DNA from: a virus
Taxonomy: Duplodnaviria > Caudoviricetes
Virus record (IMG/VR): IMGVR_UViG_3300021560_000043
Span: 1 to 34,121 of that record
DNA length: 34,121 bases
Direction: 5' to 3' (one strand)
Below, one piece after another: positions 9,358-17,805 of the stretch (positions within the stretch are counted from its first letter, which is position 1; the number at the start of each line of letters is the position of its first letter). The notes under the pieces are model-generated. The model did no database searches and was not told the origin of the DNA. It saw only the letters and a program-made list of their open reading frames with translations. The translations under genes and the position numbers were made by a program.

Positions 9358-10062
9358 ATGCTGCGAACCGCTCACTTCACTCTTGCTGGACTGTTGGCGC
9401 TGACGGGGCAGTACGTCCACTATCAGCCCAACACCGGAGCCGCAAGTGGCCCGACCTTTACGCATATCCAGTCCTGCGCGAACCAGAATTCAGGTGGCGT
9501 GGGAACCGCGACCTGCACACTCGGGTCTGCAATTGGAGCAGGGCATCTTCTGGAAGTCTGTCTCTCGAACGCCAACGGCGGCCCCCTGACTCTGACGTGG
9601 AGCGGGGACAGCGGAACCTTTACCTCCGACATCACGAACTATCAGTACAGCAATGGCGGCAACACGTTCATGTTTTCGTGCTACCACGTGTTGAGCACGG
9701 GCGGGGGCGGCACAACCATCTCCTGCACGGACTCTGGGAGCAGTTTGTTCTTTCCCGCCATCACTGTAGATGAGTGGTCGTTCACCGGCGGCCCAATCAC
9801 TGTCGATCAAACGGACGCCGGAAACAAAGCGACAAGCGGCGCTCCCGCTTCCAACTCCGTCACCACGACCGCAAATGGTGACTTGATTGTTGGGTATGCC
9901 TCCTATAACGGAGGAGTGGGTGCGGGGTCGGGGTTCACGGCAGGGGGCAATAGCGTCTTTCCGTCACTTCAGGAATACCAAGTGCAGACCACGGCGGGCG
10001 CGATTACGGCCACGTTCACCGGATCAACAAGCTGGGGGGCGCATGTTGTTGCGTTCAAGTAG
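9358..10062 (+). CDS. beta-rich putative tail/adhesin protein with N-terminal hydrophobic leader
   Basis: ATG 9358 two bases after the previous stop (preferred over the track start 9229); MLRTAHFTLAGLLALTG leader; 'SVTTTANGDLIVG...W..HVVAFK' beta-sandwich-like C-terminus. Confidence 0.6.
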   Translation: MLRTAHFTLAGLLALTGQYVHYQPNTGAASGPTFTHIQSCANQNSGGVGTATCTLGSAIGAGHLLEVCLSNANGGPLTLTWSGDSGTFTSDITNYQYSNGGNTFMFSCYHVLSTGGGGTTISCTDSGSSLFFPAITVDEWSFTGGPITVDQTDAGNKATSGAPASNSVTTTANGDLIVGYASYNGGVGAGSGFTAGGNSVFPSLQEYQVQTTAGAITATFTGSTSWGAHVVAFK

Positions 10063-12847
10063 GCTCCTTCTCTTCCTTCTCTGTCCGCTTTTTGCCCAGG
10101 CTGCGGCGATTGTGAACGGGACGCCTCTAAATATCCCTACAGGCACAACCACCACCGTCACATTCAACTCGGCTGGGAGTCTCCCCGCAACGACGTGGCT
10201 GAGCACATGCCCCACATTCTCCTTCGTCAACAGCACCTATGGCGCATCCATTTCGTCGATCTCCTGCACCAGCAATACGACGGCAACTGCTTCGATCACG
10301 ACCCCCAGCACGCCGGGAGCGCTGAATATCCTCGATTCCACGGACAGTGTGCAGTTCTATATGAACGTGCATCTTCCGTTCTGGAGTGACTATCCCTTTC
10401 TCGTCAATGGGGAAACGGGAGTTGCGGTCAGTCTGCATGGCACAGGCACCGCATGGACTACAAGCAGTCCCACGTTCTCAATCTCCGGCTGCGCGACAGC
10501 CTCCAAGGTCAGCCAGTCGGTCACGAATGACACAACCGCCACAATCACCCTGAATGCGGGTACGACCAACTGCACCATCACCGTCACCGATTCTTCTACA
10601 ACCAAGACACTAACGGTTGCCGTGCGTGGCCCGCTCCAGACCTATTATGTGGCTCCCTATGGCAGTACGCGCTACTCCACCGACCTGCCAAAAGGCGGGT
10701 GCAATGGCACCGCGAACACGCCGTATCCCGGCCTGACCTCCAACCTCTGGTGGCCGTCGATTGTCTTTGCGTCCACAGGTGCCTCCACCACCGCAACCTG
10801 GGCGAGCGGCAGCAACACCATCACCGTCGCTTCGGCTACGGGGATTATTCGCAACCAGACAGTAACGGGCACGGGCATCCCTTCAGGGACGATGGTGCTG
10901 AAGATTTCAGGCACGACCGTCACCCTGACCCAGAACACCACCGCTTCCGGCTCCTCCGCCGCCGTCAGCTTCGCCTATGTGATTGTGGACTCGAATGGAC
11001 GCTATCAAACGCTGACCACGGCAGGCACCGCCGGCACTTCCGCCCCAGCATGGGCCTCCAGCGGAACCACGACGGACGGCACGGCGGTATGGACGGCGAC
11101 CTCGGGCGCTCCCGGCGTGGCTCCCATCAACCAAGCCTGCCCCTTCAACGACTACCGTTTCACCTTCCTGACCGGGCAGTATGGAGTCGAATCGCAAGTG
11201 ATGGGCGGCGGAGACACGCTGGTGGTCTATGGCTGCAACCCAGCCATCACGCAGCAAAACGCCACGCCCCCTTACTGCCGCATTGGACCCGATCAGGCGA
11301 CGGGCTCGGTCTACAACGGCACCATCTATTATTGGTGTGCCGGGCCTCTAACGCATGGCTGTTCCATCCCTCCACCGCCTTCGGGAAGTCCCGCGCATCA
11401 CACGCAGATTCTGGGTTCCTGCGCGACGGGCAGCTACACCTGCACCCCCGTCACGACTTACCCTTACACCTCCAACAACCTCGCGCAAATCTTCGGCGGC
11501 TTTGCCCTCGGGCCGGTGTTCCTGTTTGACTCATTGGACTACGTGGACATGGAAGGGCTGGAGATCACCTCGCACAACGGAGCGTGTTCGACAGCAGGCA
11601 CCCCTGTCTATCCGAAGGGATGCAGCATCTCTTCTCCCGCAGATGATTTTGCGAAGTACGGCATCTCGACTACAAATCAGGTGGCCAACTGGAAGTTGCA
11701 GGATGTCTACATTCATGGATTGTCGCAGTTGGCGATTGGCGGGCCTGTAGGCAATGGAACCATCACCGTCAACCGCGTAATCTTGGGATTCACCGCCTTC
11801 GCTCTATGGAACTTCGACGACGGCTTTGGCACGCCGAATGACTCGGAGTCGGTCATCAACCAAAGCTACCTGACGCTGATTGGCGGGGGATTCTTAGAGC
11901 AATATCCCATCGTCAACACGCAGTTTCCGGCACTGGCGGGATGGGACTCGGGCACGGGCGGGTTTGGGGATTCGTGGAGTGGGCAGAACTCCGCCATGAC
12001 CACCTTTACCTGCGATCATTGTCAGATCCTCTACAACGCCAAGGACGGCGCGATGGGGCCGCACACCACCATCACCAACATCTCACTGACAAATTCGCTG
12101 TGGGTGGGCAACATGGGGCAGGATGGTAAGTGGGGCCAGCCTCCCGGCGCGACGTTCCTGTTTGAAAACAACCTGATTGTCGGCAACTGTATGAGGATGA
12201 CAGCGCAACTTCCCGGCGCTGCCCAGAATTTCGATCTATCAACGGGGCTGGGAGGGTCGTATCTCACCACGTATTGCAGGGCGGCCGGAACGATCTTCGA
12301 TTACTTCGCGGGAACGGGAGCGACCGTCAACTTCACCAACAACACGATTGTCGGCTATCAGCCCTCGTTCTTCGACTTTGGCTGCGCGCCCCCAACGACT
12401 TGCACCACAACGCCCTACAACATCACGAACAACATCTTCTGGGGCGTTACCTCCACGTACAGCGTCAGTCCCTTCAATCCCGGCGTTGCGCCTGGGCTGT
12501 TTGTAAACGACGATGGCACGGTGGACATGGTTTCCAAAAACAATATCGAGAACGGAGTGAACACCAGCGATACGTGCGGGGTGAATGGCATCCTCTGCAC
12601 TAGCCCGCTTTTTGTGAGCCAGCCCACAGGGTCAGTTCCCCCTGAGACGACGCTGGACAGCTTCAACTTCAACATCACCTCGGGAAGTCCCGCCATTCAC
12701 GCCGGAACAACGCCCTGTGCCTCGACGGATTATGCGGGGAATGCGCAGACCTCGCCCTGCACGATGGGTGCGCTGGTGTTTCCTTCGGGCATTGCGGCAC
12801 CGACGCAGCTTCAGGGGGTTGTGATTTCGGGAGGGAGTGTCAATTGA
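10043..12847 (+). CDS. secreted-type right-handed beta-helix protein (tailspike/depolymerase-like) with N-terminal Ig-like repeats
   Basis: ATG 10043 overlapping the previous gene; MLLRSSRLLLFLLCPLFAQA|A; 'TYYVAP' domain start, Asn ladders (FENNLIVGN, FTNNTIVG, ITNNIFWG) and the terminal F.I..GSPAIHAG...DYAGN...MGA motif typical of pectin-lyase-like proteins. Confidence 0.7.
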   Translation: MLLRSSRLLLFLLCPLFAQAAAIVNGTPLNIPTGTTTTVTFNSAGSLPATTWLSTCPTFSFVNSTYGASISSISCTSNTTATASITTPSTPGALNILDSTDSVQFYMNVHLPFWSDYPFLVNGETGVAVSLHGTGTAWTTSSPTFSISGCATASKVSQSVTNDTTATITLNAGTTNCTITVTDSSTTKTLTVAVRGPLQTYYVAPYGSTRYSTDLPKGGCNGTANTPYPGLTSNLWWPSIVFASTGASTTATWASGSNTITVASATGIIRNQTVTGTGIPSGTMVLKISGTTVTLTQNTTASGSSAAVSFAYVIVDSNGRYQTLTTAGTAGTSAPAWASSGTTTDGTAVWTATSGAPGVAPINQACPFNDYRFTFLTGQYGVESQVMGGGDTLVVYGCNPAITQQNATPPYCRIGPDQATGSVYNGTIYYWCAGPLTHGCSIPPPPSGSPAHHTQILGSCATGSYTCTPVTTYPYTSNNLAQIFGGFALGPVFLFDSLDYVDMEGLEITSHNGACSTAGTPVYPKGCSISSPADDFAKYGISTTNQVANWKLQDVYIHGLSQLAIGGPVGNGTITVNRVILGFTAFALWNFDDGFGTPNDSESVINQSYLTLIGGGFLEQYPIVNTQFPALAGWDSGTGGFGDSWSGQNSAMTTFTCDHCQILYNAKDGAMGPHTTITNISLTNSLWVGNMGQDGKWGQPPGATFLFENNLIVGNCMRMTAQLPGAAQNFDLSTGLGGSYLTTYCRAAGTIFDYFAGTGATVNFTNNTIVGYQPSFFDFGCAPPTTCTTTPYNITNNIFWGVTSTYSVSPFNPGVAPGLFVNDDGTVDMVSKNNIENGVNTSDTCGVNGILCTSPLFVSQPTGSVPPETTLDSFNFNITSGSPAIHAGTTPCASTDYAGNAQTSPCTMGALVFPSGIAAPTQLQGVVISGGSVN

Positions 12848-13368
12848 CTCCTACACTCTTCCTGCTCGCGCTCCAGGCGGTGTCGTTGACGTGGGTTCCG
12901 TCTACCACGCCCAACGCCGCGACCAATGTCTACCGGGACGGCACGCAGATCGCGTCAGGACTGACGGGGGCGGCCTACACGGACTCCACCGTGACTCAGG
13001 GAGCCTCGTACACCTACTACGTTACGGCGACGGCGCAAGGGATGGAATCCATGCCATCCAACACAATTCAGATCAACGTCCCCCCAACGCTCGCCCCCAC
13101 CTCTATCGCCCTCGCGACCAAGATCCTCAACACCAACATGACGGGGGTGCAGACGACGGTTTCCTCCACCACGTCGGGGAAGATTACCGGAAAGGTGAAT
13201 TGGATTATCGAGGGTTCGCTGATCTACTCCATTACGCTCGATGGAAAGGCGACGGCGAGTGTGCAGCTCCCGACGCTCCTCCTCCGTTTTCTTCCCGTCA
13301 CCATCACCTATGTCGGGAACAGCGCATACGCGCCAAGTACAACATATATCGGGAATGTTCCAAAGTAG
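12844..13368 (+). CDS. fibronectin type III + Ig-like domain protein with short signal peptide
   Basis: TTG start overlapping the previous stop; MTPTLFLLALQA|V; VSLTW...NVYRDG...YTDSTV..G.SYTYYVTA...ES.PSN is an FN3 pattern; the second half (G.V...LDGKAT...ITYVGNSAYAPS) is bacterial Ig-like. Confidence 0.75.
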   Translation: MTPTLFLLALQAVSLTWVPSTTPNAATNVYRDGTQIASGLTGAAYTDSTVTQGASYTYYVTATAQGMESMPSNTIQINVPPTLAPTSIALATKILNTNMTGVQTTVSSTTSGKITGKVNWIIEGSLIYSITLDGKATASVQLPTLLLRFLPVTITYVGNSAYAPSTTYIGNVPK

Positions 13369-13376
13369 GAATCTCG

Positions 13377-13405
13377 TTGCCTCAACACGCTCATCGTTTT
13401 AGAGT
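13377..13405 (+). promoter_or_regulatory. possible sigma70-type promoter for the lysis cassette
   Basis: TTGCCT-17 bp-TAGAGT in the intergenic gap before the lysis genes. Confidence 0.35.
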
Positions 13406-13442
13406 TATTTCGCGAAGCATTCCAAAGGAGGGTGGGGGGCAA

Positions 13443-13778
13443 ATGTCCATAGCAGCAGGAGGGGCCATGCAAGCCAAACTCGACGGGCTCGAAAGGACAG
13501 TAGCCGCATTGGATGCAACGATGAAAGCGAATCACGCGCAGAACCGGGGGGACATTCACCGTCTCTTCAACGGGCAGGAGACGTTATCGAACTCAATCCA
13601 GGCGGGACTGGACAAGATCGCGGACAGAATCGAACACCGCTGTAATGGGCTGGACGAGGACATCAACGGGATCAAGCTGAAGATGGCGAAGGCGACGGGG
13701 TATGTCGCGGGGGTGGCGGGAGCATGTGCGCTGATATTCGAGTTGATAAAGTTCGTAATTGAAAGGTGGCATGGGTGA
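13443..13778 (+). CDS. coiled-coil protein with C-terminal TM helix (XhlA-like/holin-associated)
   Basis: ATG 13443 or 13467 (AGGAGG at 13457-13462); heptad-rich body and hydrophobic GYVAGVAGACALIFELIKFVI; directly upstream of the lysozyme. Confidence 0.6.
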   Translation: MSIAAGGAMQAKLDGLERTVAALDATMKANHAQNRGDIHRLFNGQETLSNSIQAGLDKIADRIEHRCNGLDEDINGIKLKMAKATGYVAGVAGACALIFELIKFVIERWHG

Positions 13779-14203
13779 CACATTCGGAGAATGCAACAAA
13801 GTTGGTGGAACAATTTGAAGGGCTGGAGACGACGGCGTACCGGGACCAGCGCGACATCTGGACCATCGGGTACGGACACACGGCGGGAGTGCATGAAGGG
13901 ATGACCTGCACGAAGGCGCAGGCGGAAAGCTGGCTGAGTCAGGATATGATGATCGCCGACAACGCCGTGAACTCCTACATCACCGCCGATTTGACACAGA
14001 ATATGTTCGACGCCTTAGTGAGCTTCACGTTCAATGTCGGGGCGGGGAATTTGGAGGATTCGACGCTGAGGAAGCTATTGAACGGGGGATCGAAACTGGG
14101 AGCTGCAAATCAGTTCCTCGTCTGGAATCATGTGAATGGAATTGTTAGCCCCGGGTTGACAAAACGGAGGCAGGCGGAGCGTAACCTGTTTTTGAAGCCA
14201 TGA
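13775..14203 (+). CDS. endolysin, GH24 (T4/P22-type) lysozyme
   Basis: E-x8-D-x5-T catalytic triad in FEGLETTAYRDQRDIWTIGYGHT; FDALVSFTFNVG; GLTKRRQAERNLF. GTG 13775 overlaps the upstream stop (GTGA); 13766 is an alternative start. Confidence 0.95.
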   Translation: MTHSENATKLVEQFEGLETTAYRDQRDIWTIGYGHTAGVHEGMTCTKAQAESWLSQDMMIADNAVNSYITADLTQNMFDALVSFTFNVGAGNLEDSTLRKLLNGGSKLGAANQFLVWNHVNGIVSPGLTKRRQAERNLFLKP

Positions 14204-14538
14204 GCCTTATGACCGTCACTACACAACGCATCGCGCTTCTCTGCCTCATTCTCTCCACGGGATTGATGGTCTTCCTGTTCGCGGAGAGCCGGGGCGATCC
14301 CAGTCTAAGAATTGCGGCGCTGGTGGCGGGAACGGGACTTGTCTCCTCCCTCGCAGCCATCGCCTCCACCATGCTGACGGGGAAGGATCTCACGCACCGC
14401 GATCCAAGCGACCTTCCACCCGGTTCCAGCGTCTCATCGACTACGCAGGAGACAGTGCGAACGCCTCCGGCCTCGGCCACCCTCACAACGGAGACTTCCA
14501 ATGTCACACCATCACCCACCATCCCATCGACCCGATGA
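14200..14538 (+). CDS. putative holin (two TM helices, Thr/Ser/Pro-rich tail)
   Basis: Two hydrophobic segments (IALLCLILSTGLMVFLF; IAALVAGTGLVSSLAAIASTML); ATGA overlap with the lysozyme. Confidence 0.6.
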   Translation: MSLMTVTTQRIALLCLILSTGLMVFLFAESRGDPSLRIAALVAGTGLVSSLAAIASTMLTGKDLTHRDPSDLPPGSSVSSTTQETVRTPPASATLTTETSNVTPSPTIPSTR

Positions 14539-15007
14539 CCCGGCGGAGTTCACGGAATTGTGGCTCCTGCGGGAGATTCTGTGGACGCTCAGGGAATCCC
14601 TCGCCGTCAATTATGAGATCCTCGCGCTCATAACACCCCCTAACGCAACTTCACTTCAGATAGGAGCTAACATGCAACAGTTCGATCCCGGCGCAACAGG
14701 AATTGTCCTTCAGGCAGCATTTACCCCGAGCGGAAGCACCGCTCCCAACCCCGGCTTCGTGGTGGCGTGGAGCGATTCCAACTCCCTCTGCACGTTCGCG
14801 AACGATGTCTCGGACTCCAGCGGGCTCACGCAGGATGTGACGGTTTCGGCTTCGGCCGCCGTCGATACCTCCGGCACGATCACCGCAACCCTCACGGGCA
14901 CCTTCCCCGATGGCACCAACGCATCGCTGAGTGGCATCTTCAACTACACCATCGGGGCGGCCCCGTCGAACAACGCAACGGGCCTCGGAGTCACACAGAT
15001 CGCGTAA
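14501..15007 (+). CDS. Ig-like beta-sandwich protein with two candidate in-frame starts (14501, 14672)
   Basis: GGAG before ATG 14501 and AGGAG before ATG 14672; 'VAWSDSN...GTITATLTG' Ig-like pattern. Confidence 0.55.
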   Translation: MSHHHPPSHRPDDPAEFTELWLLREILWTLRESLAVNYEILALITPPNATSLQIGANMQQFDPGATGIVLQAAFTPSGSTAPNPGFVVAWSDSNSLCTFANDVSDSSGLTQDVTVSASAAVDTSGTITATLTGTFPDGTNASLSGIFNYTIGAAPSNNATGLGVTQIA

Positions 15008-15021
15008 CGCCACCGCGCGAT

Positions 15022-15057
15022 AAAAGAAAAGCCCACCCTAGCGGTGGGCCTTTCTTT
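15022..15057. terminator. bidirectional rho-independent terminator
   Basis: AAAAGAAAA-GCCCACC-loop-GGTGGGC-CTTTCTTT between convergent late (+) and middle (-) gene blocks. Confidence 0.85.
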
Positions 15058-15122
15058 GCTCTTACGATTACTTTGTCCGCAATTCTCCCTTCAACGCGAA
15101 TTGAACGCCATGCAACAGTCGT

Positions 15123-15488
15123 TCACGAGATGGGCGTGACCGGCGTGTAGGCGCTCGGGTCGTATCCGCTCTGCGCCTTGAGCCATGCGGTCATGCCATC
15201 TTGGGCCGCTTGGACGTAGCCTTCGATCTTGGCCGTGGTGGCGGCGTCCAGACCGCCCTTCTGCTGGATCAGAGTTAATGCAGCGACAGCGGTACCGTAG
15301 AAGGACATCACCTCGGTGGTGATGTCGGTGGTGGTCTGGGCGGTGCCGAGTTTCGCGATGATGGAAGTGAGGGCGGACTCGGCGGCTTGGGTCAGGGGAA
15401 CGAACGCCGCGCCACCGGGGATCGCGAGTTCGGCAATGTTGCCCGCCGTCTCGAAAATGGGGATCAGGGATTTCCAGTCGAAGGCCAT
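15123..15488 (-). CDS. hypothetical amphipathic helical protein
   Basis: 121 aa, Ala-rich; TAATG overlap with the upstream lipoprotein gene. Confidence 0.7.
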   Translation of the reverse strand: MAFDWKSLIPIFETAGNIAELAIPGGAAFVPLTQAAESALTSIIAKLGTAQTTTDITTEVMSFYGTAVAALTLIQQKGGLDAATTAKIEGYVQAAQDGMTAWLKAQSGYDPSAYTPVTPIS

Positions 15489-15853
15489 TACTTCACCCCC
15501 AGCGCGACGACGGCTTGCTGCTTGGTCGTCACGGCGTTGATATCGGCTTGGGCGGTCGCCGCGGACCCGGTGCCATTGTGGTAGGCGAGATAAGTCGCAT
15601 TCGCCATGTTGAGCGCGATGTAGAGATCGCTCATTGCATGACTCTCGGCGGGGGTCAGGGTCATGGTGCCGTTGGTCACGTTCGCTTGAATGCGCCGGTA
15701 GAAGGCGTCGGCGGCGGCGAGCGCTTGACCCATCTGCTGATCGGCGGTGTTGAAGTAGCCGGGGGCAATCGCGCCGGCAGGGGCCGTCGTGGCGGTCGTA
15801 TGAGTACAGCCGAGGAACGCGAGACAGAGGAGGAGGGAGAGAACTCGCTTCAT
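15488..15853 (-). CDS. lipoprotein
   Basis: ATG 15853 (ATGA overlap, GGAG RBS); MKRVLSLLLCLAFLG|C lipobox followed by a helical body. Confidence 0.75.
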   Translation of the reverse strand: MKRVLSLLLCLAFLGCTHTTATTAPAGAIAPGYFNTADQQMGQALAAADAFYRRIQANVTNGTMTLTPAESHAMSDLYIALNMANATYLAYHNGTGSAATAQADINAVTTKQQAVVALGVK

Positions 15854-16131
15854 TTCGTCTCCTTCGCTTTCTCGACGGCGTAGGTCTGGGTGTTGATCTT
15901 CCAGCCAGGGTGCGCTGCTTCCCACTCGTGTATGATCTGCGCCTTCAGGCTTTCGTCGGCGGCGAATTCTTTCTGCAGCTCCTGCTCATGGGTCGCAATG
16001 TCGGTGAGCGCCTTGCGGTCGGAGGTGGAGAGGGCGGGAGGATCGGCCTTGGGAGCAGGTGGTGGTGCCGGAGTCTGCGCAAATAAGCTAAGCGCCGACA
16101 TCAGCAGGACGTAAATTGCGGTGTTCTTCAT
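15850..16131 (-). CDS. secreted coiled-coil protein
   Basis: GGAGG RBS, ATG 16131; MKNTAIYVLLMSALSLFA|Q signal peptide, Pro linker, coiled coil. Confidence 0.7.
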   Translation of the reverse strand: MKNTAIYVLLMSALSLFAQTPAPPPAPKADPPALSTSDRKALTDIATHEQELQKEFAADESLKAQIIHEWEAAHPGWKINTQTYAVEKAKETK

Positions 16132-16273
16132 GTTCCTCCATTCGGTTGAGCCAGCGGGATAGGTTGACAATTCCGAGACTACCGCAGTAGTTGCAGCGGT
16201 CGCCAGTAGATTCGGTGATGCAGTTACAGGAAATGCAAAGTGTGGCGCGGTCGAGGGGGATGGTAGAGATCAC
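16088..16273 (-). CDS. small zinc-ribbon protein
   Basis: CISC...CNYCGS motif; GAGGAG upstream of the GTG start. Confidence 0.6.
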   Translation of the reverse strand: MISTIPLDRATLCISCNCITESTGDRCNYCGSLGIVNLSRWLNRMEEHEEHRNLRPADVGA

Positions 16274-16381
16274 TAGGACTCCTCTTCAGGTGATGCGTTG
16301 GGTGGGGCGGGAAGCTCGATGACGTGATTTGGGTCGGGTTCATAAGAATCGCACGGAGTTTTGAAATCAGAAAAATGCGGC

Positions 16382-16708
16382 CTACACGAGCTTGTGAGCT
16401 ATTACGTCCCACAGGTATTGCAGGTTTAGCCAGACGCACTGAGCGAGCGTGCGATGCTCTTCCGATAAAAGCGAATCGCCCCACGCATTGCCATCCCCTA
16501 TCCAAGGAACAATCGTTCCCACCATGAAGAGCGCCGCCATGCAGCTCCCTAAAACTGGGACTAAAATCTGGCCGATAAATGAATTCCTCCACCACTTGCG
16601 AAATCCCTTTTCGGACGACAACACCTGCCCGCAATGGGAACAGCGCTTGCGCTTGTCGGGATCGTATCCGCTGCCGCCGGTAGACATTGGGATAAATATC
16701 GGAAACAT
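16382..16708 (-). CDS. membrane protein with CxxC knuckle
   Basis: AAGGAG RBS; CSHCG followed by a hydrophobic segment. Confidence 0.6.
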   Translation of the reverse strand: MFPIFIPMSTGGSGYDPDKRKRCSHCGQVLSSEKGFRKWWRNSFIGQILVPVLGSCMAALFMVGTIVPWIGDGNAWGDSLLSEEHRTLAQCVWLNLQYLWDVIAHKLV

Positions 16709-16742
16709 TCTCTACTCCTTCGTCTCTTCTGTTGATGGTGCG

Positions 16743-16907
16743 CTAAGATCGTCGGATCATGTTGGCTTCAACAAGGGCGTTCGCGCACCGGATGGCTAGG
16801 ACTGCTGTCTGCTGGGTTGACATTTCGACAATTTTAGGTGCGGGGTTCGCCAGCAATCCTTGCATCGCCGCTATCATCGCTTTCTGTCTGAACTCTGCTA
16901 AGTCCAT
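16743..16907 (-). CDS. small phage protein (54 aa, not in ORF track)
   Basis: Manual translation MDLAEFRQKAMIAAMQGLLANPAPKIVEMSTQQTAVLAIRCANALVEANMIRRS; AAMQGLLAN...A.AL is a recurrent phage motif; abuts the upstream stop. Confidence 0.7.
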   Translation of the reverse strand: MDLAEFRQKAMIAAMQGLLANPAPKIVEMSTQQTAVLAIRCANALVEANMIRRS

Positions 16908-17222
16908 CTACTTCACCTCACTTTCTACTTCCGTTGCTGAAGGGGCGGGGTCGTCAGGTGTTGCGCGGTATTCCAACTGGTTACAAAATGTAACCAGTTC
17001 AAAGTCCACATCATTCTCCGTGGCAGTGCGTCCCTGCTTGCCTAGTTGCGAGTCGGGGGCGCAAGGCTTGTTGGGAAGCGGGAGCGCCTGACTCTTCGGA
17101 GCAAAGCGCCCGTGCCCCTTCAATTGAACCTGCAAACCGTCCCACCAGCGGACGCCGCAATGACAACACTGAAGCCCATGATGGTTATAGGCCGCCTTCT
17201 CGTGCCAGCAATGCTCAGGCAT
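16908..17222 (-). CDS. hypothetical protein with Cys/His cluster
   Basis: HCWH...CCHCG motif; overlaps the upstream gene end. Confidence 0.55.
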   Translation of the reverse strand: MPEHCWHEKAAYNHHGLQCCHCGVRWWDGLQVQLKGHGRFAPKSQALPLPNKPCAPDSQLGKQGRTATENDVDFELVTFCNQLEYRATPDDPAPSATEVESEVK

Positions 17223-17805
17223 CCCGTCCCTCCCGTTCTCCCTCTGTGTACTTGGCGTAGGTTGAGAGCCACGCAGTCTTTCGTGTCACCCATCCCTGCG
17301 TTATGGGTAGTGCAAGTAAGTTGCGAGCTTCCTCCAGTAGTTCTCTCCCTTGGTCTGGTGCGGGCGCTTGCTTGAAACCAAGTAAGGCCGCTGTTTTCGC
17401 ACACGCAACCCATGCGTTACGGGCTATGTCGGCAGCGGTTCCGCGCACTGCATTTACCACCGCCCATTCATCAAACTTGGCGATCAGACGCCCTACTTGG
17501 TTTCCATCCTGGCTGGGCTGCGAGAGTACAGGGGATGGACCGCGCTGAATCCCTCCATAGGTCGGCCACGTGTGATCTTCCAATGGCTCGTAGTAATGGC
17601 GGCCCGCGTACACATCATTCGCAGGGCTGGGCTGGAGAGTGGCGCGGGCTGCGAGGGCCGCTTCAGCACACTCGCCATACACATAGGAAACATGGCCGTC
17701 CGTGCCAACGTAATCGTTCTTGATGCACCACGAGCGCACCGCCTTGGCCACTTCAGGAGGCAGTCGGTTCCACACACCATCGCGTCCAATCGTTTCACTG
17801 CTCAC
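17215..17805 (-). CDS. hypothetical phage protein
   Basis: 196 aa ORF, GAGG RBS before GTG, fits the operon. Confidence 0.55.
   Translation of the reverse strand: MSSETIGRDGVWNRLPPEVAKAVRSWCIKNDYVGTDGHVSYVYGECAEAALAARATLQPSPANDVYAGRHYYEPLEDHTWPTYGGIQRGPSPVLSQPSQDGNQVGRLIAKFDEWAVVNAVRGTAADIARNAWVACAKTAALLGFKQAPAPDQGRELLEEARNLLALPITQGWVTRKTAWLSTYAKYTEGEREGRDA

Noticed and set aside
9229-10042. Track starts at 9229 and 9887
   Set aside because: They overlap upstream genes extensively; ATG 9358 and 10043 give coupled starts and expose the leaders.
12837-13442. N-terminal 200 aa of track ORF 12837..13778
   Set aside because: Overlaps the clear FN3 gene in another frame; real starts with RBS are at 13443/13467.
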